This document shows positions 10,728-20,198 of a stretch of 64,000 nucleotides of DNA, one piece after another. The first letter of the stretch is position 1. Every line of letters starts with the position of its first letter. A program made the position numbers and the translations under genes. The DNA comes from an uncultured Chloroflexia bacterium (GTDB lineage: Bacteria > Chloroflexota > Limnocylindria > Limnocylindrales > CSP1-4). The stretch lies in the NCBI GenBank assembly GCA_963728635.1, contig CAVSKR010000002.1, positions 136,140 to 200,139 of the forward strand, given 5' to 3'. A model generated the notes under the pieces. That model was not told where the DNA came from. It saw only the letters and a program-made list of their open reading frames with translations, and did no database searches.

Positions 10728-12185
10728 ATGACCACCCTCGAACGGATCCCAAGCGGCGTCGCCGCGCCCACGTCGACCGTCGCCGACGTGATGTCCCTGG
10801 CCCGCGAGGCGGGTGTCCTGATCGTCGACCTGCGTTTCGTCGACCTGCCGGGCCAGTCGCAGCACTTCAGCATCCCCGTGAAGGACCTCGGTGAGGACCT
10901 GTTCATCGACGGGATCGGCTTCGACGGCTCGAGCATCCGCGGTTTCCAGCACATCCACGAGTCGGACATGCTGCTCATGCCCGACCCGACGACCGCCTAT
11001 GTCGACCCGACGCTCGACGTCACGACGCTTATCCTGTCGTGCGACGTCGTGGAGCCCGGCAGCCGCGAGCCGTACAGCCGCGACCCGCGCTACGTCGCCC
11101 GCAAGGCCGAGCGCTACCTGACCGAGAGCGGGATCGCGACGACCTCGTTCTGGGGACCCGAGGTCGAGTTCTACATCTTCGATTCGCTCCGGTTCGAGAC
11201 CGCCGGCCACAAGTCGATGTACGAGATCGACTCGGACGAGGGCATCTGGAATTCATCCCGCAACGGAACGTCGAACCTCGCCCATCGGCCCCGGCCGAAG
11301 GAGGGCTACTTCCCGGTCCCGCCGATGGATACGCAGCAGGACCTGCGCAGCAAGATGGTCCTCGCGCTGCAGGCGTCGGGCATCGACGTCGAGGTGCAGC
11401 ACCACGAGGTCGGCGGCCCGGGCCAGGCCGAGATCGACATCCACTACGGAACGCTCGTCGAGACCGCCGACAAGGTCCTCCGCTACAAGTACCTGATCAA
11501 GCAGGTCGCCCACGCCGCCGGCAAGGTCGTGACATTCATGCCGAAGCCGCTGTTCGGCGACAACGGATCGGGCATGCACACCCACCAGAGCCTGTGGAAG
11601 GACGGCACGAACCTCTTCTACGACGAGAAGGGCTACGCGCTGCTCTCGGACACGGCCCGCTGGTACATCGGCGGTCTGCTGAAGCACGCCAAGGCGGTCC
11701 TGGCGTTCGCCGCCCCGACCACCAACTCGTACCGCCGGCTGGTGCCCGGCTACGAGGCCCCGATCAACCTCGTGTACTCGCAGCGCAACCGCTCCGCGTG
11801 CATCCGCATCCCGACGTACTTCACGACGCCGGGTGCCCGCCGCCTCGAGTTCCGCTCGCCGGACCCGACGTGCAATCCATACCTGTCGTTCAGCGCTCAG
11901 CTGCTCGCAGGGCTCGACGGCGTCATCAACAAGATCGAGCCACCCGCGCCGGTCGATCGCGATATCTACGAGATGAGCGCCGAGGAGAAGGCCGGCATCG
12001 ACGGCACCCCGGGCTCGCTCGAGGAGGCGCTCGACGCCCTCGAGGCCGACCAGGAGTTCCTGTATCGCGGCGATGTGTTCACCAAGGACGTCGTCGACGC
12101 GTGGCTCGACTTCAAGCGCGCCGGCGCGAAGGAGGTCGCACTGCGACCGCACCCCTACGAGTTCTATCTCTACAGCGAGATGTAG
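10728..12185 (+). CDS. glnA: Glutamine synthetase type I (GSI-beta, adenylylation Tyr present)
   Basis: ATG at 10728 with GGGAGGAA upstream. GS signatures GSGMHTHQS, KPLFGDNGSGMH and NLVYSQRNRSACIRIP. Adenylylation-loop Tyr in DIYEMS. Confidence 0.85.
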   Translation: MTTLERIPSGVAAPTSTVADVMSLAREAGVLIVDLRFVDLPGQSQHFSIPVKDLGEDLFIDGIGFDGSSIRGFQHIHESDMLLMPDPTTAYVDPTLDVTTLILSCDVVEPGSREPYSRDPRYVARKAERYLTESGIATTSFWGPEVEFYIFDSLRFETAGHKSMYEIDSDEGIWNSSRNGTSNLAHRPRPKEGYFPVPPMDTQQDLRSKMVLALQASGIDVEVQHHEVGGPGQAEIDIHYGTLVETADKVLRYKYLIKQVAHAAGKVVTFMPKPLFGDNGSGMHTHQSLWKDGTNLFYDEKGYALLSDTARWYIGGLLKHAKAVLAFAAPTTNSYRRLVPGYEAPINLVYSQRNRSACIRIPTYFTTPGARRLEFRSPDPTCNPYLSFSAQLLAGLDGVINKIEPPAPVDRDIYEMSAEEKAGIDGTPGSLEEALDALEADQEFLYRGDVFTKDVVDAWLDFKRAGAKEVALRPHPYEFYLYSEM

Positions 12186-12207
12186 CGCTCGATCAGCCGA
12201 TCGACGA

Positions 12208-12245
12208 CGCCCGGTCGCAGCGGCGGCCGGGCGTATCCTTTCGTC
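12208..12245 (+). terminator. Hairpin plus T-rich tail after glnA
   Basis: CGCCCGG-N12-CCGGGCG followed by TATCCTTTCGT. Confidence 0.35.
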
Positions 12246-12267
12246 CATCCCACAGGAGGAGGTTCCG

Positions 12268-13638
12268 TTGACCGTCGCCACCCGACCCGAGTCCGCCGAC
12301 GCGACAGCGAAGATCGAAGCCGCCAAGTCGAGCGGCATCCGCTTCATCCAGCTCCAGTTCACCGACATCATCGGCCACGTCAAGGCCGTCACGATCCCGA
12401 TCCACCAGCTCGAGGGTTCCGTCAAGCACGGGACGTGGTTCGACGGGTCGTCGATCGAGGGGTTCACCCGGATCGCCGAGTCGGACCAGTACCTGATGCC
12501 GGACATGGACACCTTCGCCGAGATTCCGTGGCAGCCCGGATCGGGACCGCGCGGGACGGCGCGGGTGATCTGCGACGTGTTCACCCCGAACGGCGAACCG
12601 TTCGTCGGCGACCCGCGGGGGGTCCTGCGCCGCCAGGTCGAGCGTGCCAAGAAGCTCGGCTATGTCGTCAACACCGGCCCGGAGCTCGAGTTCTTCCTGT
12701 TCCGCCGGGGCGACGACGGCGGGATCGAGCCGCTGCCGCACGATCAAGCCGGCTACTTCGACTTCTCGACCGACCTCGCGCAGGAGATCCGCCAGGACAT
12801 GGTCGATGCATTGGAGGCGTTCGGCATCCGGGTCGAGGCCGCGCACCATGAAGTCGCGGTCGGCCAGCACGAGATCGACTTCGAGTATTCGGATGCGCTG
12901 CGGACCGCCGACAACGCGATCACGTTCAAGTTCGCCCTCAAGGCCATCGCTCAGCAGCACGGCCTGTATGCCACGTTCATGCCCAAGCCCATCCACGGGA
13001 TCAACGGCTCGGGCATGCATACGCACCAGTCGCTCTTCTCGATCGCCGACAACCGGAACGCGTTCGCCGACGCTGCGAACCCGTACGGACTGTCGGACGT
13101 GGCGCGCTCGTACATGGCCGGGATCCTCGCCCACGCCCGCGGCATGATCGCGGTGCTGGCGCCGCTGGTGAACTCGTACAAGCGGCTCGTCCCCGGCTAC
13201 GAGGCCCCGACCTACCTGACCTGGGGCCGCACCAACCGGTCGGCGTTGATCCGCGTCCCGATGGTGTCGCCCGGCAAGTCGATCGAGGGGACGCGGGCCG
13301 AGGTGCGCTGCCCCGATCCGTCGTCGAATACCTACCTGGCGTTCGCGGCGATGATCGCGGCCGGCCTCGACGGTGTCGAGCAAGGCCTGTCATTGGCCGA
13401 GCCGGTCGAGGAGTCGCTGTTCGAGATGGATGCGACCCGGATCGCCGAGAAGGGCATCCGCGAGCTGCCCGGCACGCTGGGCGAGGCCCTCGACGAGCTC
13501 GAGCGAGACGACGTCATCCGCGAGGCCCTCGGCGACCACATCTTCAACCACTACCTCGACGCGAAGCGCGCCGAGTGGGACGAGTACCGGACCCAGGTGT
13601 CCGACTGGGAGGTCGAGCGCTACCTCGACGAGTTCTAG
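12268..13638 (+). CDS. Glutamine synthetase paralogue (GSI-alpha-like, no adenylylation Tyr)
   Basis: TTG start at 12268 preceded by AGGAGGAGG. Motifs INGSGMHTHQS and NSYKRLVPGYEAP. The loop reads SLFEMD, with Phe in place of Tyr. Confidence 0.8.
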   Translation: MTVATRPESADATAKIEAAKSSGIRFIQLQFTDIIGHVKAVTIPIHQLEGSVKHGTWFDGSSIEGFTRIAESDQYLMPDMDTFAEIPWQPGSGPRGTARVICDVFTPNGEPFVGDPRGVLRRQVERAKKLGYVVNTGPELEFFLFRRGDDGGIEPLPHDQAGYFDFSTDLAQEIRQDMVDALEAFGIRVEAAHHEVAVGQHEIDFEYSDALRTADNAITFKFALKAIAQQHGLYATFMPKPIHGINGSGMHTHQSLFSIADNRNAFADAANPYGLSDVARSYMAGILAHARGMIAVLAPLVNSYKRLVPGYEAPTYLTWGRTNRSALIRVPMVSPGKSIEGTRAEVRCPDPSSNTYLAFAAMIAAGLDGVEQGLSLAEPVEESLFEMDATRIAEKGIRELPGTLGEALDELERDDVIREALGDHIFNHYLDAKRAEWDEYRTQVSDWEVERYLDEF

Positions 13639-13663
13639 GGTCGGCTCGCGCGCCGGCGGTCTC

Positions 13664-14701
13664 ATGAGGGATCGCGCGGCTCGCGGTCGCCAGCCTCGCG
13701 GTCGCCCGCCTCGACTCCGCGCCGCCTTGCTCATGGCGATGGTCGCGGCGCTCGGCCTGCTGGCGCTCGTGATCGTGACCGATCCGCGCCGCATCGGCGT
13801 CTTCCGTGAGCAGGCGGGCCGAAGCCCGGGGCCCGGCGAAGCGGGCTGGGTCACGCGCAGTTCCGCCCCCATCGCGCTGACCGAGGTGGCCGCGGCGGCC
13901 CACCAGGGCCGCGTTTGGGTGGCGGGTGGCCTCGGGGAGGATGGTCGCGCCGTGGATCGCCTGCTGATCTACGACCCTGCGGCTGACGCATGGGCGGACG
14001 GGCCGCCATTGCCCGAGCGGGTCCACCATGCAGCTCTGGTATCGGATGGCGAGGCTTTGATCCTGATCGGCGGGTACGAGGGCGATGGCTTCGACCGTCC
14101 GACGGCCGCCGTCTGGCGCCTCGAAGACGGGGATGCGGGCGTCTGGTCGCCCGCCGGGCCGCTTCCCGAGCCGCGCGGGGCCGGTGCGGCCGCCTGGAAC
14201 GGACGAGGCGGCGTCATGTTCGGCGGAGGCGTCGGTCCGGGCGGTCCCTCGGCCGACGTGTTCGTGCTCGAAGGGGACCGCTGGAGTCCCCTGGCACGGC
14301 TCAGCCGGGCAAGGGAACATCTCGCCGCCGCCTCTCTGGGCGCCGGCTCCGTCTCGTTCCTCGGCGGTCGCGACGCCGGAGGCAACCTCGGGACGGTGGA
14401 TCTCGTGTCCCAGGAGGGCGTGGTCGGCCGAACCGAGGATCTACCGACGGCCCGTGGGGGCATCGCGGCCTTCTCGGCGGCCGCCCTCGGTGATTGCGTC
14501 GTGGGCGGCGAGGGACCGGCCGGCACGTTCGGGGCGGTCGAGTGCATCGGCGCGATCACGACGACGACGCTCCCAGGCCTGACGGTGCCACGACACGGGC
14601 TGGGCGCCGCGTTCATGGACGGCCGAGCGTACGTGGTGCTGGGCGGACCACGGCCCGGGCTGACGGTCAGCCCCGTCGTCGAGGTGCTGGACCTGCGCTG
14701 A
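13664..14701 (+). CDS. Membrane-anchored Kelch/galactose-oxidase-like beta-propeller protein
   Basis: ATG at 13664, an N-terminal TM, and repeated Gly-rich blades (GG..G..VLGG). Confidence 0.55.
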   Translation: MRDRAARGRQPRGRPPRLRAALLMAMVAALGLLALVIVTDPRRIGVFREQAGRSPGPGEAGWVTRSSAPIALTEVAAAAHQGRVWVAGGLGEDGRAVDRLLIYDPAADAWADGPPLPERVHHAALVSDGEALILIGGYEGDGFDRPTAAVWRLEDGDAGVWSPAGPLPEPRGAGAAAWNGRGGVMFGGGVGPGGPSADVFVLEGDRWSPLARLSRAREHLAAASLGAGSVSFLGGRDAGGNLGTVDLVSQEGVVGRTEDLPTARGGIAAFSAAALGDCVVGGEGPAGTFGAVECIGAITTTTLPGLTVPRHGLGAAFMDGRAYVVLGGPRPGLTVSPVVEVLDLR

Positions 14702-14717
14702 TCGATGTGTCCGCCGG

Positions 14718-15968
14718 ATGACGGAAACGTACCGAGGGCCATGCATCGATTCGGGCAAGATGGGCCGCGTGATGGTCGTCCGGCCGGGTCGCTCGCTTGG
14801 CCTCCTGTCGGTCGCGCACGCTGTCAACCATGCATTCGCGGTCCTGCTGCCGCTGATCTTCCTCGCGATCATCGACGAGTTCGGGATCACGGTGCAGGCG
14901 GTCGCATTCCTGGCGGCAGCGGGCTCGGTGGCTGCCGGGCTCGTCCAGTTGAGCTATGCCGAGCTGACGCGCCACGTCTCGCGGCGGCGCCTGCTTGGGT
15001 TCGGCGGGATGCTGTTCGGCGGAGGGTTCGCCGCGATGGCGCTGGCATCGAACTTCGCGACGTTCGCCCTCGCGAACATCGTGGCGCGGATCGGCACGTC
15101 GCCGCAGCACCCGGTCGGCAACGGGTTGCTCGCCGAGCAGTTCCCCCCGGAGCGTCGCGGATTCGCGATCAGCGCCCATATCGCCGGTGGCAACCTCGGC
15201 ACGGTCGTGGTGGCCGTCGTCGGGACGCCGCTGATGGTGCTGCTCGGGTGGCGCGGGGTGTCCATCCTGTTCGGCCTGGCAGCGGTCGCGATCGCGATCG
15301 GCGTCCTGGCGTTCGTCCGCGAGCGAGGCACGGACCGGGCTGCTGCCCGGGCCGGTGGCAGCAGTCTCGACGCGCTTCGGCGGGTGGTCGCAGACCGCGA
15401 CCTCCGCTGGCTGTTCCTGACGTCCGTCCTGGGTGGCGGCGGTCGCGGGCTCGGCGTCGTGAACCTTTTCGCCCTGATCTACATGACCCGCGTCATCGGT
15501 CTCGACGACGCCACCTCCGGGCTGATGTACGGGGCGCTGATCGTGTTCAGCGTGCCGATGCCTTTGCTCGCGGGCTGGCTGTCGGACCGGTTCGGGCGCA
15601 AGCCGCTGATCATCCTCGCGTACGTCGGTGGCGCGGTCGGGTTCGGCGTGTTCATCCTCGGCGGATCGTCGCTGGTCTGGCTGTGGGCCGGGATCGTGAT
15701 CATGGGGCTGTTTTCGTTCGCGGAATCTCCCGCAGCTCCAGGCACTCCTCGCCGATATCGCGCCGGCGGCGACCCGCGACGCGTCGTACGCCCTGTACTT
15801 CACGTTGGCGTTCGGGGTCGGGTCGTTGTGGACCGCGCTCTACGGCGTCGTGATCGAGGTGCTGGGTGAGCCCGTCGGTGTCCCGGCAGTGTTCGGGCTG
15901 ATGGCCGCGTCGTTCGTGGCCGCCGCCCTCACGACGCTCCCCATTCGGACAGAGCGGTCCGGGGCCTA
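14718..15968 (+). pseudogene. MFS transporter with a +1 frameshift in a CCC run near 15729-15731. The C-terminal 77 aa, LPQLQALLADIAPAATRD...TERSGA, continue in the next frame to the stop at 15966-15968.
   Basis: Two adjacent frames together give a complete 12-TM MFS. Frame 0 degenerates into Arg-rich nonsense after FSFAES. Confidence 0.5.
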
Positions 15969-15984
15969 GGGCATACTCCCGCGA

Positions 15985-16674
15985 ATGGACGCCAGGATCC
16001 TGCTCATCGAGGACGACCCCTCGATCCGGGAAGTGACCGCGATCGGGCTGCGCAACGCCGGCTTCACGGTCGAGACCGCGGACGACGGTCGCGCCGGCCT
16101 GGACCGGTTCGAGGCCGCGAACGTCGATTTGGTGCTGCTCGACGTCATGCTGCCGCGGATGGACGGCCTCGAGGTCGCCCGCGCGATCCGCCGTAGCTCG
16201 ATGGTCCCGATCGTGATGCTCACCGCGCGCGCCGACACGATCGACGTCGTCGTCGGCCTCGAGGCGGGTGCCGACGACTACGTGCGCAAGCCGTTCGAGG
16301 TACCCGAACTGGTGGCCCGCGTCCGGGCGGCACTGCGACGCGTCGACCGGCGCGATGGCGACGAGGCCGCGCAGCTCCGGCTTGGCCCGCTGACCATCGA
16401 CCTGGCCGGCCGGAGCGTGACGCGAGACGGTGCCGGCGAGGAGATCCCACTGACGAGGACCGAGTTCGACCTGCTCGCGGACCTCGCCCGGCATCCCGGC
16501 CAGGTGCTCGCCCGCGACACGCTTTTGGACCGGATCTGGGGCTACGACTACCTGGGCGATTCGCGGCTCGTCGACGTGGCCGTCGGACGGCTGCGTGCGA
16601 AGGTCGAGGCCGACCCGACGTCTCCCGAGCTCATCCTCACGGTCCGCGGGGCGGGCTACAAGGCAGCGCGGTAG
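15985..16674 (+). CDS. mtrA: OmpR-family response regulator (MtrA-like)
   Basis: 229 aa with a receiver domain (LLIEDD, DLVLLDVMLP) and a winged-helix C-terminus. It is followed by mtrB and lpqB. Confidence 0.85.
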   Translation: MDARILLIEDDPSIREVTAIGLRNAGFTVETADDGRAGLDRFEAANVDLVLLDVMLPRMDGLEVARAIRRSSMVPIVMLTARADTIDVVVGLEAGADDYVRKPFEVPELVARVRAALRRVDRRDGDEAAQLRLGPLTIDLAGRSVTRDGAGEEIPLTRTEFDLLADLARHPGQVLARDTLLDRIWGYDYLGDSRLVDVAVGRLRAKVEADPTSPELILTVRGAGYKAAR

Positions 16675-16683
16675 GCGAACGGG

Positions 16684-18117
16684 ATGCGCTGGCCGCGGGG
16701 CGTCCGGGCTCGACTCGCCGGTGCGCTCGTCCTGCTCGTGGCGGTCACTGCGGTCGTTCTCGGGGTCGGCGCCTCGGTGTTCGTCGACGCGCGCCTCCAC
16801 GACCAGGCGCTCCAGGACGCGGCCTCCCAGGCCAAGTTCGACCTCACCGTCACGGTCCCCGGCCGGCAGCTCCCCGACCGGCCGACCGTCGAGGACGTCA
16901 TCCGGAGCGGACTGACCGAAACGTTCCGGCAGCGCAACGTCGAGTCTGTCATCGATCTCGGTGGTGACGAATCGGTCAAGTCGAGCGATACGCTCGGCGA
17001 CCTCCTCGAACGCCTGCCACCCGACGTCCCGGCGCGCGTCGGCCGGGGCGAGCTGGCCTATGCCTGGATCGACGTCGCCGGCGTGCCGTCTCTCGTCGTC
17101 GGCGGTCTCGCGCCGGGCGGCAGCATGGCCGTCTATTTCGTGCGCGGCGTCGAGTCGATCGGTGAGGCGGTCGACCAGTTCCGAACGGTCCTGCTCCTCG
17201 GCTCCATCCTCCTGGTGCTGGTGGCGTTGCTGACGGCACGGATCGTGGCCCGGGGCATCCTTGCCCCGATCGAGGAGGCCGGCCAGACGGCCGAGCGCAT
17301 CGAGCGCGGCGACCTGCTGGCGCGCGTGCCTGTCACCTCGCATGACGAATTCGGGACGTGGGCGGATCGATTCAACCGGATGACCGACACGCTCGCGGAG
17401 TCGATCCGGCGGCTCGAGGCGGCCCAGCACCAGAACCGGCGGTTCGTCGCCGACGTGTCGCATGAGCTGCGGACGCCCCTCACGGCCCTGGTCGCCGAGG
17501 CGTCGATCGTGCGCGAGCACCTCGATGAGCTGCCCGAGGAGAGCCGGCGGGCGGCCGAGCTGCTGGTCAAGGATGTCGGGCGGCTGCGGACCCTGGTCGA
17601 GGAGCTCATGGAGCTGTCGCGGTTCGACGCCGATGCCGAGCAGGTGGCGCTCGAGAAGGTCGATCTGGGCAAGCTCATCGAGACCGTGCGGGCGGCGCGA
17701 TCGCCCAAGGCCACGTTCGCCGCACCCGACAAGCCGGTGGTCGTCGACGCAGACCCTCGCCGTCTCGAACGGATCCTCGGCAACTTCCTCGACAACGCGA
17801 GGGAGCACGCGGCTGACGCGGACGTCGAGATCGAGTTCGATGCCCGGTCGGAGGACGTCGTCATCGCCGTGTCCGACCGCGGGCCGGGCGTCCCGGCCGA
17901 TCGATTGGAGCTGATCTTCGACCGGTTCACGAAGGTCGATCCGTCGCGATCCGGCGGCAGCAGCGGACTGGGCCTGGCGATCGCCGCCGAGCACGCGGCG
18001 CTGATGGGTGGCTATCTCCAGGCGATGAATCGCGAGGACGGCGGCCTCCGCCTCGAGCTCGTCCTGCCGCGCGATGTTGCCCGATCGTTACACGGCGGCG
18101 ATGGGACGGCGACATGA
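16684..18117 (+). CDS. mtrB: Sensor histidine kinase (MtrB-like)
   Basis: TM, HAMP, HisKA motif DVSHELRTPLT and a HATPase_c domain. Confidence 0.85.
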   Translation: MRWPRGVRARLAGALVLLVAVTAVVLGVGASVFVDARLHDQALQDAASQAKFDLTVTVPGRQLPDRPTVEDVIRSGLTETFRQRNVESVIDLGGDESVKSSDTLGDLLERLPPDVPARVGRGELAYAWIDVAGVPSLVVGGLAPGGSMAVYFVRGVESIGEAVDQFRTVLLLGSILLVLVALLTARIVARGILAPIEEAGQTAERIERGDLLARVPVTSHDEFGTWADRFNRMTDTLAESIRRLEAAQHQNRRFVADVSHELRTPLTALVAEASIVREHLDELPEESRRAAELLVKDVGRLRTLVEELMELSRFDADAEQVALEKVDLGKLIETVRAARSPKATFAAPDKPVVVDADPRRLERILGNFLDNAREHAADADVEIEFDARSEDVVIAVSDRGPGVPADRLELIFDRFTKVDPSRSGGSSGLGLAIAAEHAALMGGYLQAMNREDGGLRLELVLPRDVARSLHGGDGTAT

Positions 18118-18163
18118 CGGATCGAGCCTTGGGCGCAGCCACATCGCATCAGGAGCCCGACCG

Positions 18164-19147
18164 ATGAACGCCCTCCGCCACCGATCCGTCCTCCCGGCCC
18201 TCGCGTTGTCGGGGCTGCTCGTCGCGACCGCGGCATGCACCTCGTCCGGCGGTCTCGGGGCCGTCCCGACCGTGCCGCCGACCCTTGCACCGTCGATCGA
18301 TCCGGGTCCGCCCGACGAGACGCCTGCGCCGTCGAGCTCGCCCTCACCGTCCGGTCAGCCCTCGAGCGGGCCTCCCGCCTCGCCGAGCGGGTCGCCATCG
18401 CCATCGGTGCCCGTCGAGACGATGGTCATCCGCGCCTATTACGTGCTCGACGGCGAACTCGGGGTCGAGGGTCTGGTGCCGACCCTCCGGGTCGTGCCGA
18501 AGTCATCCGGTGTCGCACGTGCCTCGATGGAGGCGCTGCTCGACGGCGACGCGATCATCGACAAGTATCCGCAGCTGTCGACGGCCGTCCCGGAGGGGAC
18601 CTCGCTCCTCGGCATTTCGATCAAAGATGGCGTCGCGACCGTCGACCTGTCACGCGAGTTCGAAGCGGGCGGTGGCAGCGCGTCGTCGATGTATCGCCTC
18701 GGCCAGGTCGTGTACACGCTGACCCAGTTCTCGACGGTCCGGGCGGTCCTGTTCCAGATCGAGGGCCGGACGGTCACGACGTTCGGGTCCGAGGGCATCC
18801 AGCTCGACGGCCCGCAGGGCCGCAACGCCTTCGAGTCGCAGCTCCCGTCGACCTTCGTCGATCGGCCGGCGTTCGGTGCCGCGGCAGGGAACCCGGCACG
18901 AGTCACCGGGACCTCGAACGTGTTCGAGGCGACGTTCCGGGTCGCGATCCTCGATGGGGCCCGCAAGGTGCTCGTCGACCAGATGGCGATGGCCACATGC
19001 GGGACTGGCTGTCGGGGCACGTTCGACGTCACGCTGCGGTACGACGTTCCGAAGGCGCAGTGGGGGACACTGCGAACCTACTTCGGGTCGGCCCAGGACG
19101 GCAGCCCGACGGACATCCGCGACTACCCGGTGTGGCTGACTCCATAG
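18164..19147 (+). CDS. lpqB: LpqB-like lipoprotein (GerMN domain), short form
   Basis: ATG at 18164 with AGGAGC upstream. Signal peptide and lipobox LVATAAC. Ser/Pro-rich linker followed by a GerMN-like domain. Confidence 0.7.
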   Translation: MNALRHRSVLPALALSGLLVATAACTSSGGLGAVPTVPPTLAPSIDPGPPDETPAPSSSPSPSGQPSSGPPASPSGSPSPSVPVETMVIRAYYVLDGELGVEGLVPTLRVVPKSSGVARASMEALLDGDAIIDKYPQLSTAVPEGTSLLGISIKDGVATVDLSREFEAGGGSASSMYRLGQVVYTLTQFSTVRAVLFQIEGRTVTTFGSEGIQLDGPQGRNAFESQLPSTFVDRPAFGAAAGNPARVTGTSNVFEATFRVAILDGARKVLVDQMAMATCGTGCRGTFDVTLRYDVPKAQWGTLRTYFGSAQDGSPTDIRDYPVWLTP

Positions 19148-19237
19148 TCTCGAACACTGGCCCGGCGGAGCGGCGACATCCGCCTCGCCGGGCTCCCTGC
19201 TATCATCCGCAGGCTCTGTCAAACGAGCACTTTCGGT

Positions 19238-19314
<77 letters not shown>

Positions 19315-19526
19315 TAACAACCAATCGAGCTCCCGCCCAAGCGCGATCCCACCCTTGCGCTCTCTTGCGGAATGACTGGGTTGGAGTCTCACCTTCCGGG
19401 CACCTCGGACTTCGATACGATCGAAGAGCGCCTCCGCGAGTAGTCGCCGGCCTGAACCGTCCGCGCGATCCCATAACGCCGGGAGGTCGTGCAGGTCCTT
19501 GGCGCCACTTCGCTATTCGAAATGCC

Positions 19527-19976
19527 TCATGGGTTGGGTTTGTACGTCTGCCGGTCGTAGCCGAAAAGCGTGTTGTAGGTGATTTCGAAACGGTCTGGGG
19601 TAAACCTGTACCACTCGTAGCCGTCGGTGAGGATGTCGCCCGGCGACTGCGGAGCGGGCATGCCGCGCTTCGCCTGCAAGCGCTGCTCCAACTCAAACAT
19701 CGCTCCCTCGACCCGCACCGCCCTGCCGCTCATCTGGAGCGCGCGCTCTTTGTCCGTATCGTGTGTCGCGATTACGACGGCAGCGATATTCGGATTCTCG
19801 GCGATCGCGCGCGAGTGTTGGCAATCCGTGATCGAGATCCAATACAGATTGAAGGCATCGTCAAAGACGTACACCACCGGCGCTATCCATGGGCCGCCCG
19901 CATCGGAAACGCCAAGGTTCACTGCGAAGCCATCGCGCAGCACCTCCTGCACCAGCGATTTCAAATCCTGTGCCAT
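19527..19976 (-). CDS. Pyridoxamine 5'-phosphate oxidase-like FMN-binding split-barrel protein, lying in a low-GC islet
   Basis: 149 aa, with AAGG-N6-ATG at the start. GC is clearly lower than in the flanks. Confidence 0.5.
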   Translation of the reverse strand: MAQDLKSLVQEVLRDGFAVNLGVSDAGGPWIAPVVYVFDDAFNLYWISITDCQHSRAIAENPNIAAVVIATHDTDKERALQMSGRAVRVEGAMFELEQRLQAKRGMPAPQSPGDILTDGYEWYRFTPDRFEITYNTLFGYDRQTYKPNP

Positions 19977-19983
19977 GCCATGA

Positions 19984-20011
19984 CCTTAATAACAAGCCGC
20001 CGAAGGGCGGT
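19984..20011 (-). terminator. Hairpin GCCGCC-GAAG-GGCGGT followed (on the - strand) by UUGUUAUU
   Basis: Intrinsic-terminator-like element about 190 nt downstream of the Pro/Thr-repeat gene. Confidence 0.3.
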
Positions 20012-20198
20012 CATCTTTCACGGAAACCTCTGAGTTCAAAGCGAGATCCTCAATCGGCGAGGGTTGCTTCAGCTTGGGCGAGCGCGGCGGTGGAATAGAC
20101 GAGCCAACGAATACGTCGGGTGGCCCTGTTCGACCACGGCACGCCCCGCGGGGTCGTACGCGAATGCCTCCCCGCTGCGGCACGGTGGCGTGGCGAGG

